Assembly: GCA_951406725.2 (NCBI GenBank)
Contig: OX597818.1
Location: 62,124,001-62,188,000, forward strand
From: Octopus vulgaris
Taxonomy: Eukaryota
Reading direction: 5' to 3'
Length of the DNA: 64,000 nucleotides
In this document: in pieces, positions 27,250 through 41,566 of the stretch
How the letters are laid out: the number at the start of each line of letters is the position of its first letter
Position numbering within the stretch: position 1 is the first letter of the stretch
Position numbers and translations under genes: made by a program
Notes under the pieces: model-generated
The model's database searches: none
What the model was told of the DNA's origin: nothing
What the model saw: only the letters and a program-made list of their open reading frames with translations

Positions 27250-28059
27250 GAGGCAGAGGCAGAGAGAGAGGGGGAGAAAGAGAAAGAGAGAAATGAGAGA
27301 GAGAGAGAAGGAGAGGGAATGAGAGGGAATGAGAGAGAAAATCAGATAGAGAAGGAGAGAGAAAGAGAGAATCGACAGGAGAGACAGAGAAAAAGAAAGA
27401 GCAAGAAAGAAGAAGAGAGAAAGAGAGTGAGAATCGGAGTGAAAGAGAAAATCAGAGTGAGAGTGAGAGTGAGAGAAAGATAAAACCAAGGAGAAAGAGA
27501 CAGAGAGAAAGAAGGAGAGAGAAAGAGAGAGAGAGAATCAGAGGAAGACAGAGAGAGTGAGAGTGAGAGTGAGAGAGAGAAAGAAAGATAAAGAGAGGGT
27601 TAGGGTTGGAATAAATTACAAAGCTGTGGGTAATCCCATAGTTAAGGCATCCATTTGATAATGGGGAGACGCGGTGATTTGAACTCTAAATGCCTCGATC
27701 ACTGACTGCACAACGACATTTGACAGGAGAGGAACACAGGCTGGGAAGACATCAATCACTTGGGATTTTGCTGATCTCCGAAAAGAAATTCCTCGGAAAA
27801 GAAGGAAACAGAAATCCCATAAAGCCGTGCGGGTTTCATTTTGATTGACACGGCATTAATCGATACATGATCCCAGGGTCTGATCTGTCAGCGTCGTTTT
27901 GCAGTCGCGGTCACCAAGACAATGAGGTTTCGAATCACTGGCTCTGCTCACTATTACTTAGGAACCGTAACCATAAAATAATTCATCACACCTACGTAAA
28001 GTATTCCCTCTACTCTTTCTTTCTCTCTCTCTCACCCTGGATGGGTATGCGTATTTTCT

Positions 28060-28252
28060 TTTATTCTTTGATTGCGGCAATGCTGGAGCACCGTCTTTAG
28101 TCGAACAAATCGACCCCAGGACTTATTCTTTGCAAACCTAGTACTTATTCTATCGGTTTCTTTTGCCGAACAGCTAAGTTACGGGTCGTAAACACACCAA
28201 CATCGGTTGTCAAGCGATGGTGGGAGGCAAACAGACAGACGCGCACACACAC

Positions 28253-28334
<82 letters not shown>

Positions 28335-28630
28335 ATTAGAGACAAAACCACTATTAGGCAAATCAAACAATGAAAAACTTAAGCTAATATATAAGATTAT
28401 TATATTTATATTATTTAAGTATATAACAAAATTATTAAAAAATATAATTAATATCACACTACGATCGTTTCATGCCTGCTAATTCTTCCTGTTTCCGTCT
28501 ACCAAATCCACTCACAAGGCTTTTGTCGGCCTGAGGCTATAGTAGAAGATGGGCCATGCAGTGGGACCGAACCCGGGACCATGTGGTTGCTAAGCAAGAT
28601 TCTTACCAACAAAGTCACTCCTACGCCTAT
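28060..28630 (-). mobile_element. SINE B interrupted by an insert at 28325-28490
   Basis: Both SINE halves present on either side of (TA)n plus foreign AT-rich sequence. Confidence 0.85.
28325..28490 (-). mobile_element. 5'-truncated Penelope-like insert starting at a hammerhead 3' half
   Basis: Minus strand GAAA-C-GATC-G-TA at 28460-28471. Confidence 0.55.
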
Positions 28631-28877
28631 ATTCTTTAAATTATTTAAATTGCTTCAGCTTTAAGGCAGCGGTCATGCTGGGGCACCACGATATATGTTG
28701 TCGTATGTAACTCATTCATCGCAGGCATCAGACGTGGCTGTGTGGTAAGAAGTTGGTTTCCTAGCCCCACGGTTCCAGGATCAGTCCTTCAGCGCGGCAC
28801 GTTGGGCATGTATTTTGTACTATAACATTGGGCCGACCAAAGTCTTGTGAGGGCATTCGGCAGACGGAAACTGAAAG

Positions 28878-29100
28878 AAGGGGTTGCTTAAAGGTTCCTG
28901 GCTTTTGGTAAAAGAAAATACAAGAGGATTAGTTAATTATGGTTTTATTCCACATATTCCCCTCTCAGATTCACACAAATATATCAACGGTCCTTCCGTT
29001 TTTTTAAGCCCTGTAAAAGAACTCGAACATTTCGGGCACTAACCAACCAGCTTTTCACAATATCTTTAAAGCCAGGAACTATATTCAGTGCTCTCTCGTA
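28878..29100. mobile_element. Mariner-derived MITE next to a SINE B head (28725-28880)
   Basis: Imperfect TIRs with core GTTCCTGGCTTT / AAAGCCAGGAAC, ending CTCGTA. Confidence 0.7.
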
Positions 29101-29149
29101 TAGATATATGTATATATATACATACATATATGTGTGTGTGTGTGTGTGT

Positions 29150-29237
<88 letters not shown>

Positions 29238-29239
<2 letters not shown>

Positions 29240-29544
29240 CACCGACACCGAGACCGACCAGGCCATCAGATGTTGTTACACATCGCTGGTCACAATGCGC
29301 TTCGCATTGTTTTAGCCTTCAAATGACGCCACCCCGCCGGCTAAGCGAGCAGGCCAACAGAAGAAAGAATGAGAGAAAGTTGTGGCAAAAGAGTACAGCA
29401 GGGATCACCACCACCCCCTGCCGGAGCCTCGTGGAGCTTTTAGGTGTTTTCGCTCAATAAACACTCACAACGTCCGGTCTGGGAATCGAAACCGCGATCC
29501 TACGACCGCGAGTCCGCTGCCCTAACCACTAGACCATTGCGCCT

Positions 29545-29546
<2 letters not shown>
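29238..29546 (-). mobile_element. SINE family A, full length
   Basis: Near-identical to 2141-2448. Confidence 0.9.
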
Positions 29547-29642
<96 letters not shown>

Positions 29643-30002
29643 TTATATATATATGTTTATACGAAGGACTACTGAAAATACCACTAAGCATTTTGCCCGG
29701 CGTGCTAACGATTCTGCCAATAATAATAATGATAATAATAATAATAATAATAATAATAGTAGTAGTAGTTGTAGTAATAATAATAGAATGCTATAACTTA
29801 CTGGAGGTATTGTAATGTTTCAGTCATATAAATAACTTTTAAGAAGACCTTGAAGCAACGCAGGTGAGATATTAGACAAATTATCTAAGATGTCGCCGAT
29901 AATTGTATTTCCCTCCGATACATATAGGTAATGTTTACGTATATATATATCTATACATATGTGTGTATATGCACGTGCGTGTGTGTATATATATGTATAT
30001 GT

Positions 30003-30043
<41 letters not shown>

Positions 30044-30206
30044 CAAACACACACACATATATATATATACACACGTATGTATATATATCTCTCTAAATGT
30101 GTGTGTCTGTGTGTATAAACATGTATATATATATGTATATACATATACGTATATATATATACACACACACGCACGTGCACACGCATATGCCTGTGTGTGG
30201 TGTGTG

Positions 30207-30438
30207 AGGCGGCGAGCTGGCAGAAACGTTAGCGCGCAGGGCGAAATGCTTAGCGGTATTACGTCTGTCGTTACGTTCTGAGTTCGAATTCCGCCGAGGT
30301 TGACTTTGTCTTTCATCCTTTCGGGGTCGATAAATAAAGTACCAGTTTCGCACTGGGGTCGATGTAATCGACTTAATCCCTTTGTCTGTCCTTGTTTGTC
30401 ACCTCTATGTTTAGCCCCTTGTGGTTAGTAAAGAAATA
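30207..30438 (+). mobile_element. SINE D (young type)
   Basis: Head, core and AGTAAAGAAATA end. Confidence 0.85.
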
Positions 30439-30689
30439 TATATGGTGTGATTGTTTGTTTTGGTTTCTCACCACTGCACAACCGGAGTAGTTTTGTTTGT
30501 TTCCGTAACATAGCGGTTCGGCAACAAGACCCCGACAGAATAAGTGTCCAGCTGGAAGTAAGTTGACGCCCTCCGATATTTCTGCATTAAGAAACCTTTG
30601 TTACTTCTAACATCTCAAACGTAATTAACCAATGATCGATCGGTCGGAAACCAGTTATCATCGAGCCCTTTATTGTAATATGTAAAGAC

Positions 30690-31150
30690 ACATGGCCTAA
30701 TGGTTAGGGCCTTTCGTTCACGATCATCAGATCTTGGGGTCAATTCCCAGGCGAAGCGGTGTTCTGTTCTTGAGCAAAAATTTTCATTTCGCGTTGCTCC
30801 ACTCCACTCAACGGTAAATGGCAAACGGGTCACCCTCTGACGGTATGGCCTTCCGCCGAGGTCGACTATGCCTTTCATCCTTTCGGGGTCGATTAAATAA
30901 GTACCAGTTACGCACTGGGGTCGATATAATCGACTTAATCCGTTTGTCTGTCCTTGTTTGTCCTCTCTGTGTTTAGCCCACTGTGGGTAGTAAAGAAATA
31001 GGTATGGCCTTCCGGTCAGGGTGGGATGTAGGTTTGCTCGCCTAGCCAGCGGGGTGGCATTATTCAAGAGCTAAAACAATTCGAAGTGCATTGTGACCGG
31101 CGATGTACAACAACATTCGATTATCTGGTCGATGCCGTGATACACCGTGA
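30690..31150 (+). mobile_element. Old SINE A-related element split by a truncated SINE D (30856-31000)
   Basis: 14-bp TSD GGTATGGCCTTCCG; family A tail resumes at ~31030. Confidence 0.8.
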
Positions 31151-31616
31151 TAAAGTGATATTACAATATAAAAATGATCAAACAAAATTGAATAACAAAA
31201 GTCAAATTAATTAGGACAAAAGATAACAATTAAAACAATGTTTTTCATTGTTACGTTTTAGTATTAATTGGTTTGGCCTGTTTAATTGTGTGTGTCCATG
31301 ACGGTCACAGGATTTCGCACAGAAATACACCGGAACATTTGAGGTCGTCACCATTTCTCTTTAACAGTTCCAAATCGATGACTTAAAGTAAGATATGTCT
31401 AGGAAATGATTGCTTGTGGACCAACGCGTGGATAGTTATCAGGGTGTGGACCTCATGATCACTGGGTGGTGTATTGTGGTCTTGCGACGGACTGGCTTGT
31501 TGTTCCGTGGAAATGTGATCCCTGTCATTTATGCGCCATGGAAACAGGGTAACCAGTTTTATGAGTCCGAAAATTCAACGAGGTAACCTTTTGTCTTTTA
31601 TTGTCTATTTGTTTCA

Positions 31617-31992
31617 AAGGCAGCGAGCTGGCAGAATCGTTGGCACGCCATGTGAAATGTTTAGCAGTATTTCTCCCGTCGCTACGATCTGAGTTCAAAT
31701 TGCGCCGAGGTCGACTTTGCATTTCATCCATTCAGGGTCGATAGATTAAGTATCAATGAAACACTGGTGCTGATGTAATCGACTGCCCCCTCCCTCAAAA
31801 TTTCATGCCTTGTGCCTTTAGTAGAAAAGATTATTTGTTTCAGTCTTAGTCTACGGCCATACTGGGGCACCGCCTTGAATGCATCGAATCCAGTGCAATT
31901 TTGAAAGCCTGGTACTTATTCTAATTACTTTTTGCCGAACCGCTAAGTTACGGGATGTGAAGCGATGGAGGGGGACAGACACAGACGCAAAT

Positions 31993-32032
<40 letters not shown>

Positions 32033-32200
32033 GCATAAACTCGCATATATATACGACGGAATTCTTTCAGTTTCCGTCTACCAAATCCTCTCACTAGCCT
32101 TTGGTCGGCCCAGGGCTGTAATTGGAGACATATAACGAAGGAACCAAGCGGAACCCGGAACCACGTGGCTGGGAATCAAATTTCTTACCACACAGCCATG
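31617..32200. mobile_element. SINE D (+) followed by decayed SINE B (-)
   Basis: Family motifs recognisable. Confidence 0.75.
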
Positions 32201-32726
32201 ACAATAATGTCCAGGAGCTGATGATGATGATGATGATGATGACGACGACGACGTCGACAATGATGATGACGATGATGATGATGTTCTTGGAAACGAATAA
32301 ATCGATGTAATACCAGTTGACGCGGTGGGGTGGGGGTTGGAGGCGGGGGGAAGAAGAGAAACGAACGAGTCCGTAGAATCTGGATGAAGTTGGTGTGAGA
32401 CTAGACAAATTCTTCTTCTTGGGTTGTTTAAAGATGTTGAACGAAACACCCATGTTTCCACAGGTGAATTATCCTAACCCCCAAAGAATTCCTCTCTTAT
32501 CACGTGGCTATGATGCTCCCCCACTACTCCTGCTTGTGATCAGAGATGCACATATCGTCAGCCACTAAGGGACATGCTCAGCTGGTTATGGTCAAACAAC
32601 TGACACGCTAATCTGTGGAATTGGGCAGAATATTTGCTGTAGCCCATCTTTTATACTAAGACAAAACAATGTACATGATAACAGCTTCAGTCAGTTGAGA
32701 TGAGAAGCCATGACACCCAGTGCCTG

Positions 32727-32764
<38 letters not shown>

Positions 32765-32772
32765 TATTATTA

Positions 32773-32806
<34 letters not shown>

Positions 32807-33122
32807 GGTGTAAATATTTTAAGGAAGTCCTCTATGCAATGCAACGAAACCAAAATAAGGTGATGCCAATAGATAAAACAGATACTATATCACTTTATAT
32901 AGGTTGTTTAACGCTTCAATTATATTTCGCGAAAATTTCCATTTATCAAATATAGGATGCCAAAAAAAAAAAAAAGAATAGAAAAAAGAAAAGAAAAAAG
33001 GAAAATACAATTATCGGCAACATCTTAGATATTTTGTCTAATATCTCACCTGCATTGCTGAAAGGTTTTTTAAAAAGTTATTTATATTACTGACACATTG
33101 CTATGCCTCAAGTAAGTTAATC

Positions 33123-33183
<61 letters not shown>

Positions 33184-33217
33184 CATTATCAACCCCGCCT
33201 TATTATTATTATTATTA

Positions 33218-33728
33218 TTAACCCCGCCTTTCAGTTGTGTTTGTTTCTTTGTTTCTTTGTTTGTTTGTCCGTGGAAAGATATCTCAGGAACGGCTGGTTG
33301 GATTCTGATGAAACGTTCAGGGCTGTTTGGCCTCGTGACTGGAATGAACTGATTGGATTTTGGGATCGATCCCGTACTGGACGAGGATTCTGGATTATTA
33401 AAAATTTTTTTTTTTACTTTACATGTATATCTAAAGTTTCATATAGTTTACATATACACCTACACACATACACACACACACACTCACACGCAAAAATAGC
33501 TGTCTTTTACTCACACTTCAAACGCCGTTTATCGGTTTTTCTCTCCTTCCTTCGTCATCTATCTATCACCCTTTCCTTTCTCCTTCATACGACGCTCTCT
33601 TGGCCACTTCGATTCGTCTTTCTTATTGTCATTACTTTCTCCCACTCCCTCTCATTCATGGCTATTACTCTCACTACTTCTCCTTCACTGTATTAGTATT
33701 TCATCTTCTCTCCCTTCATCTCTCTCTT

Positions 33729-33771
<43 letters not shown>

Positions 33772-33935
33772 TTGGATTATTCTTCCGTTTGAGAGCGGTC
33801 GGTTTCATTTTAGTATTCTCGTTTGTGAGAACAGTCGATTTTATTTCAGATATTCTCATTTTAAAAATCATTTCTCGTTAATCGTTGAGAGGATGTTGGT
33901 GTTGCCCTGGCGGAGGTTTGCGCTCTCTAAGTGCT
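33218..33935 (+). mobile_element. Non-autonomous Helentron (HINE/DINE-1-like)
   Basis: subTIRs AACCCCGCC / GGCGGAGGTT; (GTTT)n after the 5' end; GGATT..ATGAAAC block; 3' hairpin GCGCTCTCTAAGTGC. Confidence 0.75.
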
Positions 33936-33979
33936 GTTGTTGTTGTTGTTGTTATTATTATTACTATTATTATTATTAC

Positions 33980-34017
<38 letters not shown>

Positions 34018-34415
34018 GAACTGATTCGAAGTCGGCGAGCGAGCAGAATCGTTAGCACGCCAGATGAAATGTTTAGCGGTATTTATACAAAACTGTTTGA
34101 TTAAATATTCTTCTTTCTCCCTTTTTCTTTCCATTTTTTTCTGGTTTTATTGTGTCTTTTTCTTTTCGCCTGTTATAAAATTGTAACTTAAAAACTGATG
34201 ATGTCATTCCATCATCATGTGGACGCTGGTTGTTCTCGTTCGTACTTCACATTTAAATTTCTGTAATTTTGAATTTTTATCACTTCTTATTTTGAACTTG
34301 ACAAAGACAGACGTACTGTTGAAATATCGCTCAACTAATAAAATATCTTACAATCGAATCGCTCTCTTCGTCTTGACTGTTTACCTTTGTGAAGAGCTAC
34401 GTCAATACTTTTTAA

Positions 34416-34581
<166 letters not shown>

Positions 34582-34950
34582 TAAGGCAGCGAGTAGGCAG
34601 AATCGTTAGCACGCAGGGCGAAATGCTGAGCGGTATTTCGTCTGCCGTTACGTTCTGAGTTCAAATTCCGCCGACTTCGACTTTGCCTTTCATCCATTCG
34701 GGGTCGATTAATTAAGTACCAGTTACGCACTGGGGTCGATGTAATCGACTTAATCCGTTTGTCTGCCCTTGTTTGTCCCCTCTATGTTTAGCCCCTTGTG
34801 GGTAGTAAAGAAATAGGTATTTCGTCTATCTTTACGTTCTGAGTTCAAATTTCGCCGAGGTCGACTTTGCCTTTCATCCTTTCGAGGTCGATAAATTAAG
34901 TACCAGCTGATTACTGGGACCGAAGTTGCTGTCCTTGTGCCTAAAGTAGA
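34582..34950 (+). mobile_element. SINE D with second internal unit
   Basis: GAAATA-GGTATTTCG re-entry at ~34816. Confidence 0.85.
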
Positions 34951-35174
34951 GGGCGTTGTGAATGTTATTGTTATTGTGCAGAAAAACTGCCAGCCTCAAT
35001 TCGAAGGATCATGGTCTAGTGATTAGATAGTTCGGATCGTGATCATAAAGACGTGCTTACTATACCTGGACCAGGTGTGTCCCTCAGCAAGATAATACAT
35101 ACCTATGTGCATCAGGAATGAACAACAGAGTATTGCCGTTACATTCCCCTCTCTTTCTTGCCGTCACATCGGTA

Positions 35175-35495
35175 AAGGCGCGTGGCTTAGTGGTTAGTCA
35201 ATACGGCTCACGATCACAACATCGTGAGTTCGATCGCTCATGGCGTTGTGTCCTTGAGAAAGAAAACTTATTTCCAGCTGCTCTAGTGCGCTCGGCTGAT
35301 AAAAATGAGTTGTACTTGTGTATTAAAAGGTTAGCCTTGTGAAATTCTGTGTCATGCTCAACCTCACAGAGAACTACGTTAAGGGCACGCATATCCGAGG
35401 AGTGCTTAGCCACTTACACGTATATTTCACGCACAGGCTGTCCCGTTGATCGGATCACCTGGAACAGTTATTGTCATAACTGACGGAGTGGCAGC
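35175..35495 (+). mobile_element. SINE family C, near full length
   Basis: AGGCGCGTGGCTTAGTGGTTAG head and GAGTTCGATC B box. Confidence 0.75.
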
Positions 35496-36527
35496 TGTCA
35501 CATCCTGGATACTTCACGGGGTCAAGGTTGCGGGAGGCAAGTCGGTGTTTTTATGACACTTGCGATTAAACAGGATCCAAAAACAGTTGATGAAAATATG
35601 GTACGTATTAGCAAGCCATCCACGCTCGCGAGTGACGGCTGGCCTTGCAATTTTCCTACCCTGTCTCGTTAATTTAATGTAAGTATGGAGATCACAGCAT
35701 GTCTTTTAACTTCATTATAATTCAGGAACAATGTGTTGTCGTGTGAGCTAATCGGAGAATTCTTTATTATGTTTATACCAATATAACCATAAATTGTAAT
35801 TCATGTCACCACAGCGGTAAGATTTTGCTTGGATTTAAACGGTGGAAAAAGAATAAAGAAAATAACCAGATGCTTCTCTTTCTGAATACACTCATAAAAT
35901 ACAGTAATTTATTCATGCATATATTAATATATTAATAAATAAGCAGGAACGTGGCAGTAACTTCGCTGTTATATTCAATCGCCAAATTTAAAAGAGCAGA
36001 ATTTATGTTCAGAAAATAAATCGTTTCTTTATTTTGGCAATTTTTTTTAATTGCTTCAAACATCGATTTAACCCTCGGTGGCTCTTACCATTTACATGTA
36101 AATAGGCATCTTCCTTTTTGTAGTTAATTTCACATGTTAACATGTAATGCAAATTTTTGGTGGTGGTGGTGGTGGTGATGGTGATGGTGGTAGTAGTGGT
36201 TGTAGTAATTGATGCTGTGTCCATTGCTGCTTCAGATTTAAGTCAATTCAGATCTAACAGACGTATAATGAAAGTGTTCCACCCGTGACCGTCACTTTGA
36301 ACGTCCTTCCTTTTTTCCTTTATCCTTTACTTGTTTCGACATTGCACATCGGCCATGCTAGGGTACCACCTTGAAGGATTTATCCTGACAAAAAGACCCC
36401 AAAGCTTAAATTTTATTTTGAGCCGGATACCTAATCAGTTGGAGAAATTTGACGAATCGCTAAGTTACGGGGATACAAAAAAGATAGCTATCAAACCGTG
36501 GGGGCCAAACACACACACACACGCACT

Positions 36528-36572
<45 letters not shown>

Positions 36573-36596
36573 TCCACTGTATATATGTATATGAAT

Positions 36597-36641
<45 letters not shown>

Positions 36642-37465
36642 GTATATATATATGTATATATATATATTTATATATACACATATACATATATATGTATATA
36701 TATATATATATATATATAAATATATATGCATATTCATACATATATATACATATATATATATACATATATATATATGTATGTATATATGTATGCATGTTTA
36801 TGCATGTATATATACGAATATGCATACTCGCCTCTCGCGCGCAGACACCTTTCACTCGCAGACACATACAAAACAAACACACACACACACATACCACACA
36901 CACTTACGCACACACACATACAACTCAAACATACCCGACATATTCATTGTAGAGACACAGTTCAAAATAGTAGCAACAACAACAAAAACAAAAACACCAC
37001 CATCACCACCATCACCACCAATAACAACTACAACAACAACGGCACTAAAGCTAATATTCAGACACACTTCCTGAAGAATTATAATAAGAATGGTACAATA
37101 ACCAGAAAGTTAGTTCCATTCAATTGTTCATAAAGAATTGTTACAACAACATAAAGATGATTCTCTCCAAGAAGCAGACTTCGCCAATTTTTCGTTTTAT
37201 ACCAGCAGCTATAAGCTATTCCATTCCATTTCATAAAGTGTAGAAATTTTAAGCGGTTTTAGTATACATTTGTTGGTTTATTTTATTTGTATTTATTTTT
37301 ATTTCTTTAACTTTTGAAATATAAATGTGATTCTATTTATAAAGACATTATTAAATGCATTATTAAATTCCAGAAAATAATAATAACAATCTCACTATAC
37401 GCTTGTATATATTTATATATATATATAAACGTATATATATATACGTACATAAATACATACATATA

Positions 37466-37544
<79 letters not shown>

Positions 37545-37811
37545 ATGTGTATGTATATATATATATATGTATGTATGTAGATGGGTAGAGGTATGGCATA
37601 TATTCATGTGTGCGTGTATATATGTGTGTGTCTGTATGTCTGTGTATGAGTCGGTGTTTATACATATGTATACATATCCATACATGCATATTTTGTATTT
37701 GTACATGTATGTATATGTATGTGTACATATATATATATGTTTGTATGCATGTATGTATATATATATATATGTATATATGTATACATATATGTCTATGTAC
37801 ATATATGTAAA

Positions 37812-37844
<33 letters not shown>

Positions 37845-37980
37845 GCATGTATATATGTGTGTATCAATATGTATGTAATATGAATATATATGAATATATA
37901 TATGTATGTATATAGATTATACTCATATATACCTAGTTATACATTCTCATAGAAATAGACATTCAGGTACATATATGTCA

Positions 37981-38027
<47 letters not shown>

Positions 38028-38502
38028 ATGTGTGTGAAAGTAGGTGTCTAAGTGTGTGTGTGTGTATGTGCGGTGTGTGTGGGTGCATGTATATGTACGT
38101 ACATTCATGAGCAGAGGTATAAAAATAAGAAAAAGAAAACTCAACGCAAAAGTTGAAAAAAAAAAAATATTTAAAAACAGTAAAACAAAATAAGAATACA
38201 AATGATGAAAATACTAACACCATCACCAATAACATGAACAAGAACAAGAACAAGAACAGCAACAACAAAAATAACAACGATGAATATTGAAAATTTAGAG
38301 CATAACTAAAAATAAAGCGAGTAAACGTCTTAAAACAGTAAAAATAGAAAAGAAAAACAGAAAAGAAAGAAGCAAAAAAAAAAGAAAAAACTGAAATTGC
38401 CGTCAATAAATGTGAATAAGTGATGTTGTGTTTGCTTTCTCCCAATCAATAGAAGAGAGAGAGAGAGAGAAAGAAAGAGAGACAGAGAGAGAGAGGGTGG
38501 GT

Positions 38503-38538
<36 letters not shown>

Positions 38539-38665
38539 TGCTTCAGGCAGTTTCTAGCAACCAGCATCTTTCGTTGTAGATAAAGGTATTCATGGATTTT
38601 CATAATTACAAAATTTCATTTTCGTTATAGATTCTTTTTTCCTTTTCATTCGTTCACTCATTCAT

Positions 38666-38875
<210 letters not shown>

Positions 38876-39082
38876 GTGCATTTACGTACAGGCAAAACCA
38901 CACACATACACACAGACATACACAAATATACACACATACACGCACACACAAGCACACACACATATCTATGCGTTCACGCAGACAGGCACTTGTGTTTACA
39001 GACGTATACTTATTTGCATAAACAGCTACTTATGTAGTCATACGTACCTACATACATATACATATACACATATATATGTACA

Positions 39083-39133
<51 letters not shown>

Positions 39134-39631
39134 ATGTATATATGTTTATATATATATGTGTGCCTATGAATGTGCGTGTATGTGTGTATATCTATGTGTA
39201 TATATATGTATATATACACATACATACAAACACGCATATACATATATAATACATATATATATATATATATGTATTTATATAGATGTATATATATATTATA
39301 TATATTATATACACCACATGTGTATATATATATATATATATATATACACCACATGTGTATATATATATATATACATGTGGTGATAAACAACACTTAGAAG
39401 GGTAATACTGTTACGTTGCTGACGGATTTACCGGGAATGCAGCAGAACTAGTCTTGAAAGAGTTACTTATTTTCATTAAATATATTAACATTCCATCTAC
39501 TTAATGTATTGAGTACTTCACATTACATGTTATTCCCACCATTTTAAAAGAACCTCCAAATAAATAAATACATAATATTAATATACAATTATCTCCCTCA
39601 CCGTCTCTAGCCCCTTCTCTCCCCCTCTGTA

Positions 39632-39750
<119 letters not shown>

Positions 39751-40019
39751 TTATATATGAGTACTCATATATGTACATATATACATATATGACATATATG
39801 ACATATATGACATATATGACATGTATGTATATTTCAATGAGAATGTATAACCAGGTATATATGCGTATATATATATATATGTTCCTATTACATATATATA
39901 CCTACACACATATATACATGCATATGTATATACATATATATATATATACATATATGTACATTAACATATATGTATACATATATACATATAAATATATATA
40001 TATATACTTGCGTACCAAC

Positions 40020-40069
<50 letters not shown>

Positions 40070-40071
40070 TT

Positions 40072-40143
<72 letters not shown>

Positions 40144-40145
40144 CA

Positions 40146-40241
40146 CGTGGAAATGTAAGGGAAAAGAAGTGAATATACACATTGGAAATCAATTTATTTC
40201 CAATGTGCATTTTCGGTTCTTTTTCTTCTTACTTCCCCACT
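40146..40241. repeat. Small foldback inside (TA)n
   Basis: CACATTGGAAAT / ATTTCCAATGTG core with imperfect outer arms. Confidence 0.7.
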
Positions 40242-40264
40242 GTATATATATATATATATATATA

Positions 40265-40555
40265 CGACGGGCTTCTTTTCAGTTTCCGTCTACCAAATCC
40301 ACTCACAAGGCTTTGGTTGGCCCGAGGCTATAACAGAAGACACTTGCCCTAGGTGCCACGCACTGGGACTGAACTCGGAACAATGTGGTTGGGAAGCAAG
40401 CTTCTTACCATAGATATATTATTTTATTCCTTTACTTTCATTCGTTTGACTGCGATCATGCTGGAGCACCGCCTGTAGTCGAGTAAATTGACCCCAGGAC
40501 TTATTCTTTGTAAGTCTAGTACTTATTCTGTTGGTCTGTTTTACCGAACCGCTTC
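40265..40555 (-). mobile_element. SINE B fragments
   Basis: 5' half at 40265-40410; tail fragment at 40425-40555. Confidence 0.8.
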
Positions 40556-40854
40556 AGTGGCTGAATAACACCTTATAGCTTCTTCAGAGCCTTGAATATG
40601 AAACTCAACTGTGCATCGAAGGCATCCTGTAGCAGAAACATCTGTTAGCTAATGAAGTTCATAAGTTCATTTATTCCTTTGTCCTTTTTTTTTCTTGTTA
40701 CCGCTCAGTACTCTGTCAACACCTCGTTCTGCAACATGCGCATATTCAGTCCTACATCGAGTCATTTGTGGCGCAATAACATATGTAGATAGATCGAAAC
40801 ATATTGAGATAGATACATAGACAGACAGACAGACAGACAGATAGACAGACAGAC

Positions 40855-40921
<67 letters not shown>

Positions 40922-41171
40922 CAGATAGGTAGATAGACAGATTGATTGATAGATAAATTGATAAAGATAGATAGATAGATTGATTCATTGATAGATTAAC
41001 TGATAAAGATAAAGATAAAGATAGATAGATCGACAAACAGACAGATAGATAGAAAGATAGATAGATAAATATTTAGATAGACTGATTGATTGATTGAGTG
41101 ATTAATTGATTGATTTATTAGATAATTTTTTTATCATACACTAAACTGAATTGTTTTTCTTTGGTAATGGC

Positions 41172-41566
41172 TCTTTTACTCTTTTAATTGTTTCAGTCAT
41201 TTGAGTGTGGCCATGGTGGAGCACCGCCTTTAGTCGAGCCAATCGACCCCATGGCTTATTCTATCGGTCTCTTTTGCCGAACCGCTAAGTTACGAGGACG
41301 TAAACACATCAGCATCGGTTGTCAAGCGATGTTGGGGGGACATACACAGACACACAAACACACACACACACACACACATATACATATATATACGTATATA
41401 CGACTCGCTTCTTTCACTTTCCATCTACCAAATCTACTCACAAGGCTTTGGTCGGCCCGAGGCTATAGTAGAAGACACTTGCCCAAAATTCCACGCAGTG
41501 GGACTGAACTCGGAACCATGTGGTTCGTAAGCAAGCTACTTACCATACAGCCACTCCTACGCCTAT
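41172..41566 (-). mobile_element. SINE B, near full length
   Basis: Matches 6981-7383. Confidence 0.85.
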
